From Trypethelium eluteriae (taxonomy: Eukaryota): 50,992 bases of DNA. Where the stretch lies: positions 62,001 through 112,992 of the forward strand of contig JAVECL010000014.1 in NCBI GenBank assembly GCA_051942245.1, in the 5' to 3' direction. Positions within the stretch are counted from its first letter, which is position 1, and every line of letters starts with the position of its first letter. Of this stretch, positions 36,001 to 47,615 are shown piece by piece. The notes under the pieces were generated by a model. It did no database searches, was not told the origin of the DNA, and saw only the letters and a program-made list of their open reading frames with translations. Position numbers and translations under genes: made by a program.

Positions 36001-37066
36001 CGTCTGAAAGTCGAGTAGAAGGTAGTCACCCAATCGCGATACGATCCCGGGTAACTCAGAGCTTGCCTTTCTCGATAGATACTCGCGACGACTGTCGATG
36101 CATTCATTTTTGTGGCGCATTCAGGCGGATGGCAATGGCTCAGGCGTTCAAGAGCATGGTGTCCAAGGCGGCACCTACCATGATAGACGGATAAGAAGGG
36201 CACCAAAATGGCGCAAGGAAGCTTCGACTGTGAGAAACGGCCTCCCAGTTGGCGTCAAAAGGGTTAGAAAAAGGATACAAGGTTGATATTGGGCTTTCTA
36301 TTCCTCGAGAATGCGGTGTACATCAGACTATACATTAGGTAACGCCATGATAGCTACGACAATCCAGAAATGGCAGGAAATGACACGATTTTTGCGCATT
36401 CTCCTGAATGGTGGACTCGTTGATTCGTCTTGAGACTCAAGACATTCTCAGTAATCAGTCAACGTGGGCAACGTATAGCCTGATTGTGAAGGCTCCATGA
36501 AGAGAAGTAGGCCGGCAGTCGAATTGCTGGCAAAGTCTGCTGTGTAAAAGGGTGGAGCTAGTGTTTCAGCTGCGAGCCAGTGCTCAGATAAGGGCCAGCC
36601 AGGACGTAAACGCAGGGACCGCTAATTACATAAGAAGCGTTGCAGTAATTCCTCCGTCTTAGCACGGCTGAGGGCTTCAATAGCGTAAAAATCATCCACT
36701 TGTAGGTACCTCAAGGGAAGGGAATGATCGAGTGGCATCGGGAAGCTTATTTATGGATAACTCGCCTTAGGTATCCAGTCATCTGTCAGACTGTTCTGAC
36801 ACTCATGTCCTCGATGGCTGTGTTCGTGCTTTGGTCCATGGTGGATGATGCAGATACTCTACAAGGCGCAGGGGACCTTGAGCCTTTCTTACCCATCGCT
36901 CGGTGCGATTTCCTCTGGGAAATCGTATATAAGAGTGTGGATGATGGCATGTTCTATAGCTCCTCCGAAGTGGCTGCAAGTATCGGATACCTTAGAGCGT
37001 CAATTTGGGTTGTCACGTTTCTTTTGTCTTGGCTTATCATCAGACACATTCTCCCGCTTTTACGAT

Positions 37067-37924
37067 ATGTATACTATATTAGCTCTCACTGCTCTTTTCT
37101 CTTTACCTATACTAGGTCAATCTTCATCCTCTGCCCCGTTGACTCCATCACTATCATCACCATCACCATCATCATCCTTCTCCTCCTCCTCCTCTTCTCT
37201 GTTATCTTCTCCTTCATCTTCTGCTTCGGCCCTGACCACTTCTATCATCTTCTTTCCGAACCAGCCTGGCTCCCTCTATGCCTCTATTATTAATGTTGTT
37301 GGGGGTGATACCACTATGGGGCTCTCGTGTCCTCAGGCGACACCTGCTGTGCGCGCTCCCAAGCGTCTCCTGTATCGGCGCCAGACTCCCTCTTCGCCCT
37401 CAGTCTCCGCCGCTCAATGCGCCATGACCGACTGGGGCGACCAGACCATCGTCGTCACTGAAGGCACCTTTGGTACGGCAACTAGGACTGTCGAGTATAC
37501 GGCTCCAGTTGGCTTCGTCACTACCACCCAAGGGGTTTATCAGAGTCTTGGGGGAGCGGTCGAATCCCACTGCGATGTTGTGGGTACTGTGTCCGCTACC
37601 TGCACCATTAGTACCGATCTACCATCAGTTTCGGTGGGACCAGCCACTACTAGTGCGCAGGTCGCGACAACGGCTGGATCAACTTCTCCATCGTCCGCGT
37701 CAGGCCCTCAGGTGACTCAAATCGCTCCGACGGCGATTTCTATGGTACCAATCGTTGTTACGGCAGGGCAAGAGAAGCTTTCCAGCACATCAACTACTGC
37801 CAGTGCAAACCCGAGCGTGAGCACGAGTGCGAAACCGAGCAATTCTGCGGGCGAAAACAAGGCTGGCGTGGGCATTACGGGTGCGCTAATGGCTGGTATC
37901 GTGGGTTTGGCCATAGCAATTTGA
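37067..37924 (+). CDS. Ser/Thr-rich, probably GPI-anchored cell-wall protein
   Basis: Best start is ATG 37067 (signal MYTILALTALFSLPILG), downstream of TATATAA 36926-36932. Poly-Ser tract, four-Cys core, PIVVTAGQEKL, then NSAG plus hydrophobic tail. Confidence 0.85.
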   Translation: MYTILALTALFSLPILGQSSSSAPLTPSLSSPSPSSSFSSSSSSLLSSPSSSASALTTSIIFFPNQPGSLYASIINVVGGDTTMGLSCPQATPAVRAPKRLLYRRQTPSSPSVSAAQCAMTDWGDQTIVVTEGTFGTATRTVEYTAPVGFVTTTQGVYQSLGGAVESHCDVVGTVSATCTISTDLPSVSVGPATTSAQVATTAGSTSPSSASGPQVTQIAPTAISMVPIVVTAGQEKLSSTSTTASANPSVSTSAKPSNSAGENKAGVGITGALMAGIVGLAIAI

Positions 37925-38850
37925 TCTTGTTAAGCATCTGCATTTGTGTTTTATACATGGCGGTTCCCTACGACGGTGAATGCCACGGCTTTGCTAGAGT
38001 ATCGAACTCTATGTAGAGTACCTTGGTTCCTTTCATTTAGCAAGGATGGTGCAGTTACTTGCAGCCTAGGGTGCATGGATAACCGAGTTGCACGGCAAAA
38101 GGTCGTCTTAGTAGTTTCAACGCACGGTGGCCGCCGTGTTCAAACGTTATCGTATTGAGAAAAGCCTCGTTTTGGAAGGCTATCCTCTGGAGAGAGGAGC
38201 TGAAGGCGATTGCTCGATTACGCTGACCTCGTTCGTACAGCGCCTCCGACCTACAACAGGAGCTAATCCCCAGTACATCTATTCACTTGCCTCAAATATG
38301 ATAAGACTCAAAATCCTATCTTTAAGTGCACCTCGCTCAGTTACAAAATCAGAATACATTAAGAATCGCCAGACGGACAACGTCATTTAAGTCGTAACCC
38401 AAACTACGTCATAGACTCCTCTTGACGAGATTCTTCCCGAGAACCTTCGACTTCCCTCTCGAAATGTCCTCTCCGGGTAAATAAATTTCCACTGCTCTCT
38501 GGATATTCGGTACATACGTTAATGGGGTGTTAGCCGTTGCTTTCCACCTTCTCACCGTTCTCTCCAATGTCTCCTTGCCGATCTCTCCTTTACCCCGCGG
38601 CGTTCTCCACAATCGGCTTCTTTCCTACCTAGGAATCTTCTCCCCACATGAAGAAGCACGTACTGAACCTTGAGATTTTCTCGGGCCCCATGACGTGAAA
38701 AGATCCAATGCTTCATTCTCTAGTTTATTCCCGAAAAGATCTCGCTCGCAAGATATATCAAGGCCTGCCCGTCATGCCGCATTCAGCGTTTTGGCACCAG
38801 GCCACACTCCCCCGCGCTCAGTTGAAATCCCTAAAGTCGTGCCCTCTAGG

Positions 38851-40733
38851 ATGAAGTCCGCAATTTGGTCTTTTTGGGGGCTTGCATCCCTTGCTCTTGC
38901 TTCTCCGTCACCTTCGGCGCTCCGTCGCCGCCAGAGCTTGGGACTGCCTACGGCCACCACTAAGAACGGAACCTATGTTGGAGCGCACAGCTCAACTTAC
39001 AATCAGGACTTCTTTCTTGGAGTCCCTTTTGCTCAGCCACCACTTCAAGATCTACGGTTTCGGAATCCTGTGCCCTTGAACGAAACATGGACAGACACAC
39101 GGCCAGCCACGCTATACGCCATGGAATGCATTGGCTATGGAGTAAGCCAATCATATGAAGCTCCCTGAGCAGTGTTCGGAAATGCTTAGTCCTTTGATAG
39201 GGTGATCAGGTTGGCTATGAGGAATCCGAAGATTGCTTGTACTTGAACGTCGTCCGACCAGCTGGCTATGAGAATGAATCGCTACCTGTTGGTGTGTGGA
39301 TTCATGGCGGAGGCTTCTACGATGGGGGAACCCCCGACCGTCGGTACAATCTATCGTTCATCGTCGACAACTCCGTCAGTATCGGGAAGCCTATCATTGG
39401 TGTCTCCATAGCCTATAGGTTAGGGGCCTTTGGCTTCATTGCATCTGAAGAAGTGCAAGCAAGCGGTCAGACCAACATCGGTCTCAGAGACCAGAATTTG
39501 GCTCTGCAGTGGATTCAGGAGAATATCGCAGGGTTTGGCGGTGAGCATATGAATTGGCTTTGAATGTTGCAAGTCTGATTGAATCTTCGTAAATAGGTGA
39601 CTCCAGCAAGGTTACGATATGGGGTGAGTCAGCGGGTGCTATCTCTGTTGGATTCCACATCACACTCTACAATGGGCGCAATGACAATCTTTTCCGTGGA
39701 GCCATCATGGAAAGCGGGAACCCGGTTGGCAGCAACAGCATTTATAACGTTAGCCACTACCAAGACGAGTATGATGATGTTATTTCAAGCGCAGGATGTG
39801 GAGACGCGGCAGACAGTCTTGACTGTCTACGCCAGGTACCCTTTGCTACGCTCAACGCCGTTCTCAACAATACCGACTATAGCTGGGACCCTTTTCTTGA
39901 TGGAGATCTCAATCAGCGCTATGGATCTGAGCAGCTCAAGGACGGCTCCTTCGTTAAGGTCCCCATTATTGATGGAGCAAACTCTGATGAGGGGACTTCA
40001 TTCGGTCCCACAGGCGTGTATACAACTCAAGATCTCATCAACTTCATGACAAGTACGACGCAATGTCTCGATACATGTCAATAACAACGCTAACTTTCCT
40101 TCAGACGCGAATCTTAGCTCAATCGCAATTCCTGAGTCCTACGTGCCTGCACTTCTCGATGCCTACCCTGATATCCCCGCCCTTGGCATCCCAGGCGCGG
40201 ATGAGGGGCTTGGTAATATTACACTCCCCGCTCCCTTTGGAGCCGAGTATCGTCGCTCCTCGGCGTATTTTGGTGATGCAGTCATGATTGCTCCTCGGCG
40301 CTATACGTGCCAACAGTGGGCCACGTTCAACCTCACTGCCTACTGTTATCGCTTCAATGCTATTCCAACTGGCGTACCGTGGACAAGTGGGGTAACACAT
40401 TTCCAAGAGGTCGCTTTCGTATTTGACAATACTGAAGGCTTGGGATATACAATCAACCCGTTCGCCAACAAGTCGGAAGCATATCTTAAGTTAGCAAGTC
40501 TGATGAGCAAATCTTGGGCTTCCTTCATCTTCGATCAAGAGCCGAATAATTGGCCCGGTCGGGACTCATATGCATTGAATAGCTCTAGCGTCGCACCGTG
40601 GCCGAGGTACGATACTGCAAACCCTATGAACATGGTATGGGATGCAAATCGAACTAGCTACCCGGAGCCGGATACATTCAGGAAAGCAGGAATTGCACTT
40701 ATCAACAGTGACGCTTTAGCTTACAGTCGTTAA
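38851..40733 (+). CDS. Secreted type-B carboxylesterase / lipase
   Basis: Introns 39142-39200, 39541-39596, 40053-40104. FLGVPFAQPP; SEDCLYLNV; WIHGGGF; YRLGAFGF; WGESAG (Ser); ANSDEG (Glu); VTHFQE (His). Confidence 0.93.
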
Positions 40734-41203
40734 AAAGATAGAGCACTCAAGCATCTTTTCTGGGTAGCCGCTGTATAGCATTAATTAACAGTGCTCAGAA
40801 ACGGGCAGTAAAGCTTTCGACACGATCCTTTTGAGCTTCTAATTTCTTTGCTCGGCCTTCTAGCGAGGCATTTTCGCTACTTGGTTGATTTTGATCCCCC
40901 CAATATTTTAGAGACGAAGGAATGCACAAGACTTCTATTCCACACCAGCAGTCTTTGTTCGAGTAGAAAGCATTGGGAATCATTTTGACTGTCGAGAATA
41001 AGGTCTAATCATGGTCCTGGTAGATTTATCAATTGGAAGACGCCTACAAATGCGAAATTCGTTACTTCTCTACTTTCTCAGGTTTCGTATACAAAAGGCA
41101 TCTCGTGTGCTTCCTTCCGTTCGCCATCGGTCATCGAGCCCGGGCGTTGTGCAGAATGACGCTCAAGCAAGTATAGAAGAATCGACAAGAAGATCAAGAA
41201 AAA

Positions 41204-42778
41204 CTAGATTCCAAGCGCGAAAGCGCAGACAAATGTAACAAACATACTAATCATCAGGGCAAACATTGGTCCGTTTCCTTGGTCCGCTGCTTCCGAAGAA
41301 TTTCCAGGTATGACTGTTGATCTGGGAGGGCTGGCACTTGGCGATGGATTTGGCAGTGTGTACGGGACGCTCGTTATATTCGGCTTGATTTGAGGAATTG
41401 ATGAGTTCGAAGGCACGGGGATGTCTCTGGAAATTCCTGCTCCACCTAGGATAGGTTTGCCGAAACTCAATTGGTGATTATCCTGATCGTAAACAACGTA
41501 CATCCGCCTAAGTCCGGCATCGCCCATGATTGCATCCACGCCTCCTGGAAGTATAGGTGACATCAAGAAGGTACAGAGGCTGAGTTCTCCATCACCCTGC
41601 GGATTGGGCACCATCCTAGGCTTTCCTGTCGTCGGATTATATAGAGGGACAATAAGGTCGACGAAATTGACGCTATACGTGATGGATTGAGTGCCATTCC
41701 TCGAGTCGCCAAGGGTCCACGAGAATGTGGACTCTTGCAAGGTCTTGTTATGCCAAGCCTGTGAGCAATAAAAGCCATATCCGCCAAAGGCATAAACAGC
41801 CCCAACCTGGCTATTGATAGCATTGAAGATGTCGGGAGGAAGAGTGATAGCAGATGACCCAGTGTCCATCAGCATGGGCAGACCATGCACTGTTGGTGTC
41901 GACGAGTTTAATGTCGACGACGGTAGTGCATACGTGACATTTCGACCAGCGATTGAGGAGGACATGCCGCTCACGGGGACGGTGTACGAAAAATATGGTA
42001 CCTGGGGAGCTTGTGCGTCTTGAACCATGTCCAGCGTGACGAGGCCCATCTTTGTATCGAACTTTGATTCGTCAATACCACCAAAGAGAATCGAGCCACT
42101 TTCGTCATTGCCATTGAACCAGACGCTGAATAGCTTGGATTTGGTGATGTTGTTTGACACTAGAGCATCTAGAATTGTTGGTGCACGTCGACTACGAAGA
42201 TATTTGGTCACGCCGATGTCAGGACCAATGCCCATTATGCTGTTGGCCAGGGTACCTCTGGAGCCAACACTAATCAGGGCATTTTTAAGAGTGGCGCCCG
42301 CCAGGGAGACATCGTCAATCGAGTAATCACCGGTTGCATTCTGGCCATCGCCGTAGAGAGCCCTTAAGGCATTGGGATACTTAACCGAGTAGGACCGTGA
42401 TAGAGAAGGGTCAACTAGAAGCTTGGTTAGCAGAGAGACGGTGCTAAGATTTCAGGGATGCGAACATTGTCCACCAACGCAAGGATTGTCAGAGCTACGG
42501 TCATTGCACATATCAGGTGTGACGATCAGCAAATCAGAGCTCCCGGAATCCAGGACGACTTGCAGGTTTTGAGGAGGATTTCCAATGGAAATATTAGCAA
42601 AGTATGAGCCGCCCGTTGCAATGACATCGTTCAACCTGGCCGGAAGGTTGAGCGTTCCAGCGTCTCGAGCAGCGAGGCGCGATGGATACCGATGCTTCGA
42701 GAAGTTGATCTGGTATGTGGCGTCCACGAATACAGAACACAAGAAGAGGGACAGGATAAGAGGTATGGTCTTATACAT
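41204..42778 (-). CDS. Secreted pepsin-like (A1) aspartic protease, yapsin-like with probable GPI/TM tail
   Basis: Intron 42415-42465. IGNPPQ; VLDSGSSDL; flap YGDG; IMGIG; GSILFGGIDESKF; LMDTGSS; IMGDAGLRRMYVVYD; hydrophobic C-terminus. Confidence 0.9.
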
Positions 42779-44105
42779 CGTAAGAGAAAAAGGAAGAGCA
42801 AAACTCACGTAAGGAGACACTCATAACAAGAAGATGAAAAAAAATGAACGAGCGTTTGAGTGTAAGATACACAAGAGCAAAGAAACATTTCATGAGGCGA
42901 TTTACCACATTTCAAGGCGGACCTGAAGCGATGGTCTGTATGTACCGGTGAGAAGAGCTGTGAGCTGGAAATAGTGCTTGAAATAAGAGAGCTGAAGCTG
43001 ATCCAGATATCGGAATTTGGGGCCAGAGGCCAGGCCTTATCCCTCTCACGGCGAAGACATGGAGTATCACTTCGGTAGATGTACTGCCCCGTCACCACGT
43101 AGTTTGATAATTCGCACCAGGTACGATAAGAAATGCTCTCTTTTTACCTGGAACTTGTTGACCCGGTTGATATTGATGCCTTCCAGCTACATGAATATCT
43201 TCCTCCAGCAGTTGCTGCAAAGGAGTGGAATGACAGGCCGAGAGAAAAAAGCCCCATGGTCGGGAAGAAGGTGATTGCTCCGTACGAAGAAAATGCTGAA
43301 CCGGTGAATGTCTAATCGTGGAGTCATCTTTGCTAGGCAGGTTGGTGGACTATCCCTTAATTTTCTGGGTGTAGTTGATGACCGGTGAGGGGATGAAAGC
43401 GTTGGCTCAGCCTCACGTCGAAGCAGCGATGAGCGAGCGCGGAGCAGAGATACCTACCTTATGGTCACTACCTTGTACTAGCGACTTTCTATGGGATGTC
43501 TTCTGCGGTTACGTTGAAGAACCGGAGACAAAAGTTTCCGGCCTGTAGAGTACACCGTACCGTGAATCATGAGCTCTGAGGTATGCCGTATCTCAGGATG
43601 CCGATGAGGGAGGAGCCCACAGGCGGAGTGAACTTTGAAGATGGAGGATTGATCCATCTCCCTGGTGTGAGCGGGTTACAGGTAGTGTTAGGCTCAAGGA
43701 TAAGGGAGGCGTTGGATGATTTTTGATCTCCGCCGCCCCGGTTGTACCTACCTTACTTATCCACCTTAAATTGTAAAGCGGACAAAAGGTCAGTATTGGG
43801 ATGCCCGGCGAGAACGTACGGAGCGTAAAAAAGCCAGCGTGTATGCATCTCCCGTGTCCATGCAGCTCGAGACAGTCCGAGACCAGATGATGTTGAGATA
43901 GGCGGTGGCGACTACCGTAGAGTAATGATGGTCAGATGGTGGTGGACGAAGTTTAAGGCGGCTTGCGCCTTGCATCTAACTAGGTACGACTACCTTAGGC
44001 ACTCCACGATAACGTCAACCACCATCCACCAGGATAAGGTCGCTCTGCGACCATGAGCGCTGCCTTCGCACCACTCTCCAGGTTCCCTTTCGCCCTCGCC
44101 GGAAC

Positions 44106-47054
44106 ATGGCCGAGGCGCCAGCGGGTGGCCTCTTGGACTTGGAGAAGGAGTTGACCTGTTCCGTACGCCACTGCCCACTACCTACTACCCACAGTACTCC
44201 AACCTTCGCCATTCTAACCGAGTCTGCGGTTTAGATCTGCACCGACATCCTCTATCAGCCTCTTACCCTTCTCGACTGCCTCCACACTTTCTGCGGCTCC
44301 TGCTTGAAAGATTGGTTTTCCTTTCAGGCCTCGCATGCCACGACGCCCCATCCATACACCTGCCCGTCATGTCGTGCCTCGGTTCGCGACACCAAGCGCA
44401 ATGCTCAAGTCACCACCCTCCTAGACATCTTCCTCCACGCCAATCCAGGTCGCGCTAAGTCAGATGCAGAGAAGGAAGAGTTGGCGAAGAAGTACACACA
44501 TGGCCAGAACGTATTGCGAGAGCTTGATCTCGCGCCTGACTCAGAGGATGAGGAGTTGATGGAAGAGGTGCGGCAGAGATCCTTGCAAGATGTGGGTGTC
44601 GCTCAATCACGACTGCAAGTTCCTCGCGATCAGAGGAGAGACAGGAGCAGACGACGCAGTAGGGATCGAAGCCATGAAAGCCGGCAAGGCGCTGCACCCC
44701 GTCGAAGGGACGGAAGCGCAAATAACGACGGGACTGCTAGTCGCACGTCTGCCGCGGGTAATCCGAGCTCCCACACAAGAGATCGATCGGCCTCACATCG
44801 AAATATCGAGCATCAATCGAGCCTGCGCTCGCTGATCGGTTCTTCGGACGTTGGCTCGGATGAGGAAGAGGAGATGATGCGACAGATTCTACAAGAAATT
44901 GATCTCAATGGCTTGGATCCTACTCGAGAAGACGAGATCAACAGAGCAGTCTCTGTTGCTTACAGGCGTCATCGGCACCAGGAAACTAGGACCCGGCCGG
45001 TCGAACGAGCGCATTCGCCCAGCCCATCTCCATCTCCCGCGCGTGACGGACGCTCAATCCAACAAAGGCGCCAGCATGCCAGGACTGACAGTGGACCGCC
45101 CGCAATGCCATCCCCACGTTCTTCGCGCCTACCAGATTCTCGACCTCCCATCTCACGCCCCCACCTTTTTCAGACGGCTGAAACCGAAGTTAGCGGACAT
45201 CACAGACGGTCGTCAAGCCAAGACGCGCACCACACACGCAGGACCAGAGCCTCCTCTGACCAAGACAGGGTCCTGCTCGCAGAAAGCGTGTCCCGGCCCG
45301 CAGCGCGCTCCGCCACTGACTTATCTGAGCGTCCTCAAAGCTCGTCACACCCCCGTCGAATGTCGTTCAGTGATCGGAGTAGCACCGACCCAGAGAGAAC
45401 GCGCCTTCGAGAAGCACCACCAGCCTCAGCAGCGTCAATCACCTCGCAAGCTTCCCAATCTACGCCTCCAATACGGGCGAACATTGATGACAGAGATTCT
45501 CCTAGGCAATCTCCTGCACGGCGAGCAAGGCAGAACAGCCAACCTCCAAGCACGGCACCAGCAGCAATGGGCCCTGGTTTGACCTCTCAGTCCCCTCCAG
45601 CTCCGAGCTCCCCCCGATTCCCTCCATCTGCCACCTCGCAGGCTAGGGCAAATGCCATCTCTAATCATCCTCCTCGGTCCCGTCGGACTCTTTTTGTTGA
45701 GCCCTCCATTACCTGCTATCGCTGTAATAAACCCCACATTGAGTACGACCTCCACTACAACTGTCCAAAATGTGAAAACGGGTCGATCAACATCTGTCTG
45801 TCCTGCTATCGGTCATCTGAAAGCAGGGGCTGTCTTCATTGGTATGGCTTTGGCCATGTTGCCAAGGCGAAATATCATGCACAGCTTTCTGAAGTCGGAT
45901 CCTTACTGAGTCCCCAGCCTCCTCATGTTCTCATTGGTCATCGTTATCGTCGACCCCGTCAGACAATTGCGCAGCCTGCTTCAGCTTCCACGGGACCCCG
46001 TACCATGACGGACGAAGATCCTGCCATGCGTCTTCAAGCCGGGTTCTTTTGTGACATCTGCTCTGCATTTGCAAACGCATGCTATTGGAAGTGTGACATC
46101 TGTAACGACGGTACATGGGGATTCTGTCACGCTTGTGTGAATCAAGGTCGACACTGCACCCATCTTCTCCTCCCCATCGCGAAAGATGTGCAAGCTACGT
46201 CACCTTCCGAAACAACCTGCGTGCCGCGAAAGGACACAGAGCTGCCTCTCGATACAAATGCTTCAACTCTCAGTCCTGACTCTTCTCATCTTTCCGATCC
46301 TTCCGTATTGCGTGATCCAGACCTACCACCAGATTCGCATACACTAACCTTTACGACGACTTGCGACCGTTGTCGGTACCCCATCCCACCTTCCCACTCG
46401 CGCTTCCACTGTACGACATGTAATAAGGGAGACTACGATGTCTGCTTCTCTTGCTACCAGAACCTCGTGTCCTCTGGCCGCATTGCGCCTCAAGATGGAG
46501 ACAAGGGATGGCGGCGGTGCCTGCGCGGTCACCGCATGCACGTCGTCGGCTTTGAGGATCGTAAGATAGGAAGGTGGAGAAGGGTGGTCCGGGAACGCGT
46601 GGGAGGGTGGTCTCTCAAGGACGAAGACATCCCCGCTTTTGGAGCCACACAGGCAAGCATAGCGGCGACAGATCCCGCCGAAGATGCGGCAGGCACAAGC
46701 GTGAGTTGGAGGAGGGGGAGACCTTCGTGGTCGTGGCGAGATGCGGATGGGACCCTGCATCATTCCAATGGCCCACGGTCTCCCCCTCTCACTACCGCCG
46801 AACCGACTTCGACACAGCAGCACATGCAACGGATTCCACCAGATGGAGGGGCTGGTATGAGGCTGCGGGCACGGTGGGCATGGTTTCCTTCGGAAGGGAT
46901 TACCAACGAATTGATGTTTCCCCGCTGCGCCGAGATTAGGGAAGCGATGGATATTAATGGAGACTGGTGCTGGGGAGTCTACGCTGGGAGAGGAGGCTTA
47001 TTCCCTGGCGGATATGTTGTTCGAGCACAAGGTCCACCAGTGCAACAGAGGTGA
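44106..47054 (+). CDS. RING (CHFR-like C3HC4) E3 ligase with three ZZ-like zinc fingers and a C-terminal SH3 domain
   Basis: Intron 44163-44234 joins ELTCS to ICTDILYQPLTLLDCLHTFCGSC...CPSCR. Long disordered R/S/P linker; three CxxC..CxxC..CxxC..H modules; ARWAW..NELMF..DWCWG..GLFPGGYV (SH3). Confidence 0.85.
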
Positions 47055-47615
47055 GATAGTCTCTCGATCTTGTGGGGTAATCCTTAAGTGGTAGGACTCT
47101 AAATCGTTAAACTTGCGATTGGAGGTGTCCATCATGAAATGGCAACCTAGGACAGTGGCCGAAGCTTCAAAGATCATTCGAGTCCGAACTCTCTGTACTG
47201 TCTATTTATCCGGTTCTGAGAGCTACTGTCTATAAATACATTTCGTGGATGTAAGTCGTATGCAAAGGCGTAGGAAATATACCGAGACGCCCGTAACACT
47301 TTCACTTCACCCGGTATCCTTCAGGGAATTCACCCCAAGCCCAAGACGCCGTTGCTATTAAAGTCTCGGAGCTATGCCAGTGAAAATTCGAATGCTTCCA
47401 AATATCCGTCAGGTGTCGGCTGACTCGATCTGACTTCAAAGCTAGTAGCTTCCATCACTAATGCAGCACAGTCATGATTGAATCATCAGGGTCTGCTCTC
47501 GAAGATTGAAAGGCCGGCCACCAGTAGACAGGCTGGAGGTGAAGACTGACACATATAGTGTCTCCCAGTCCACGAGAGGAAGTCACAAGTCGTCACGGTA
47601 CCAGTAATGAACTCT

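Noticed and set aside
36724..37293. 189-aa very hydrophobic ORF resembling a membrane protein
   Set aside because: The Ile/Leu/Phe run is the shifted reading of the poly-Ser (TCN) tract of the GPI protein, and its ATG lies upstream of the likely TATA box.
44899..45582. 227-aa alternative-frame ORF in the RING gene
   Set aside because: Non-ATG start within a GC-rich disordered linker; off-frame shadow.
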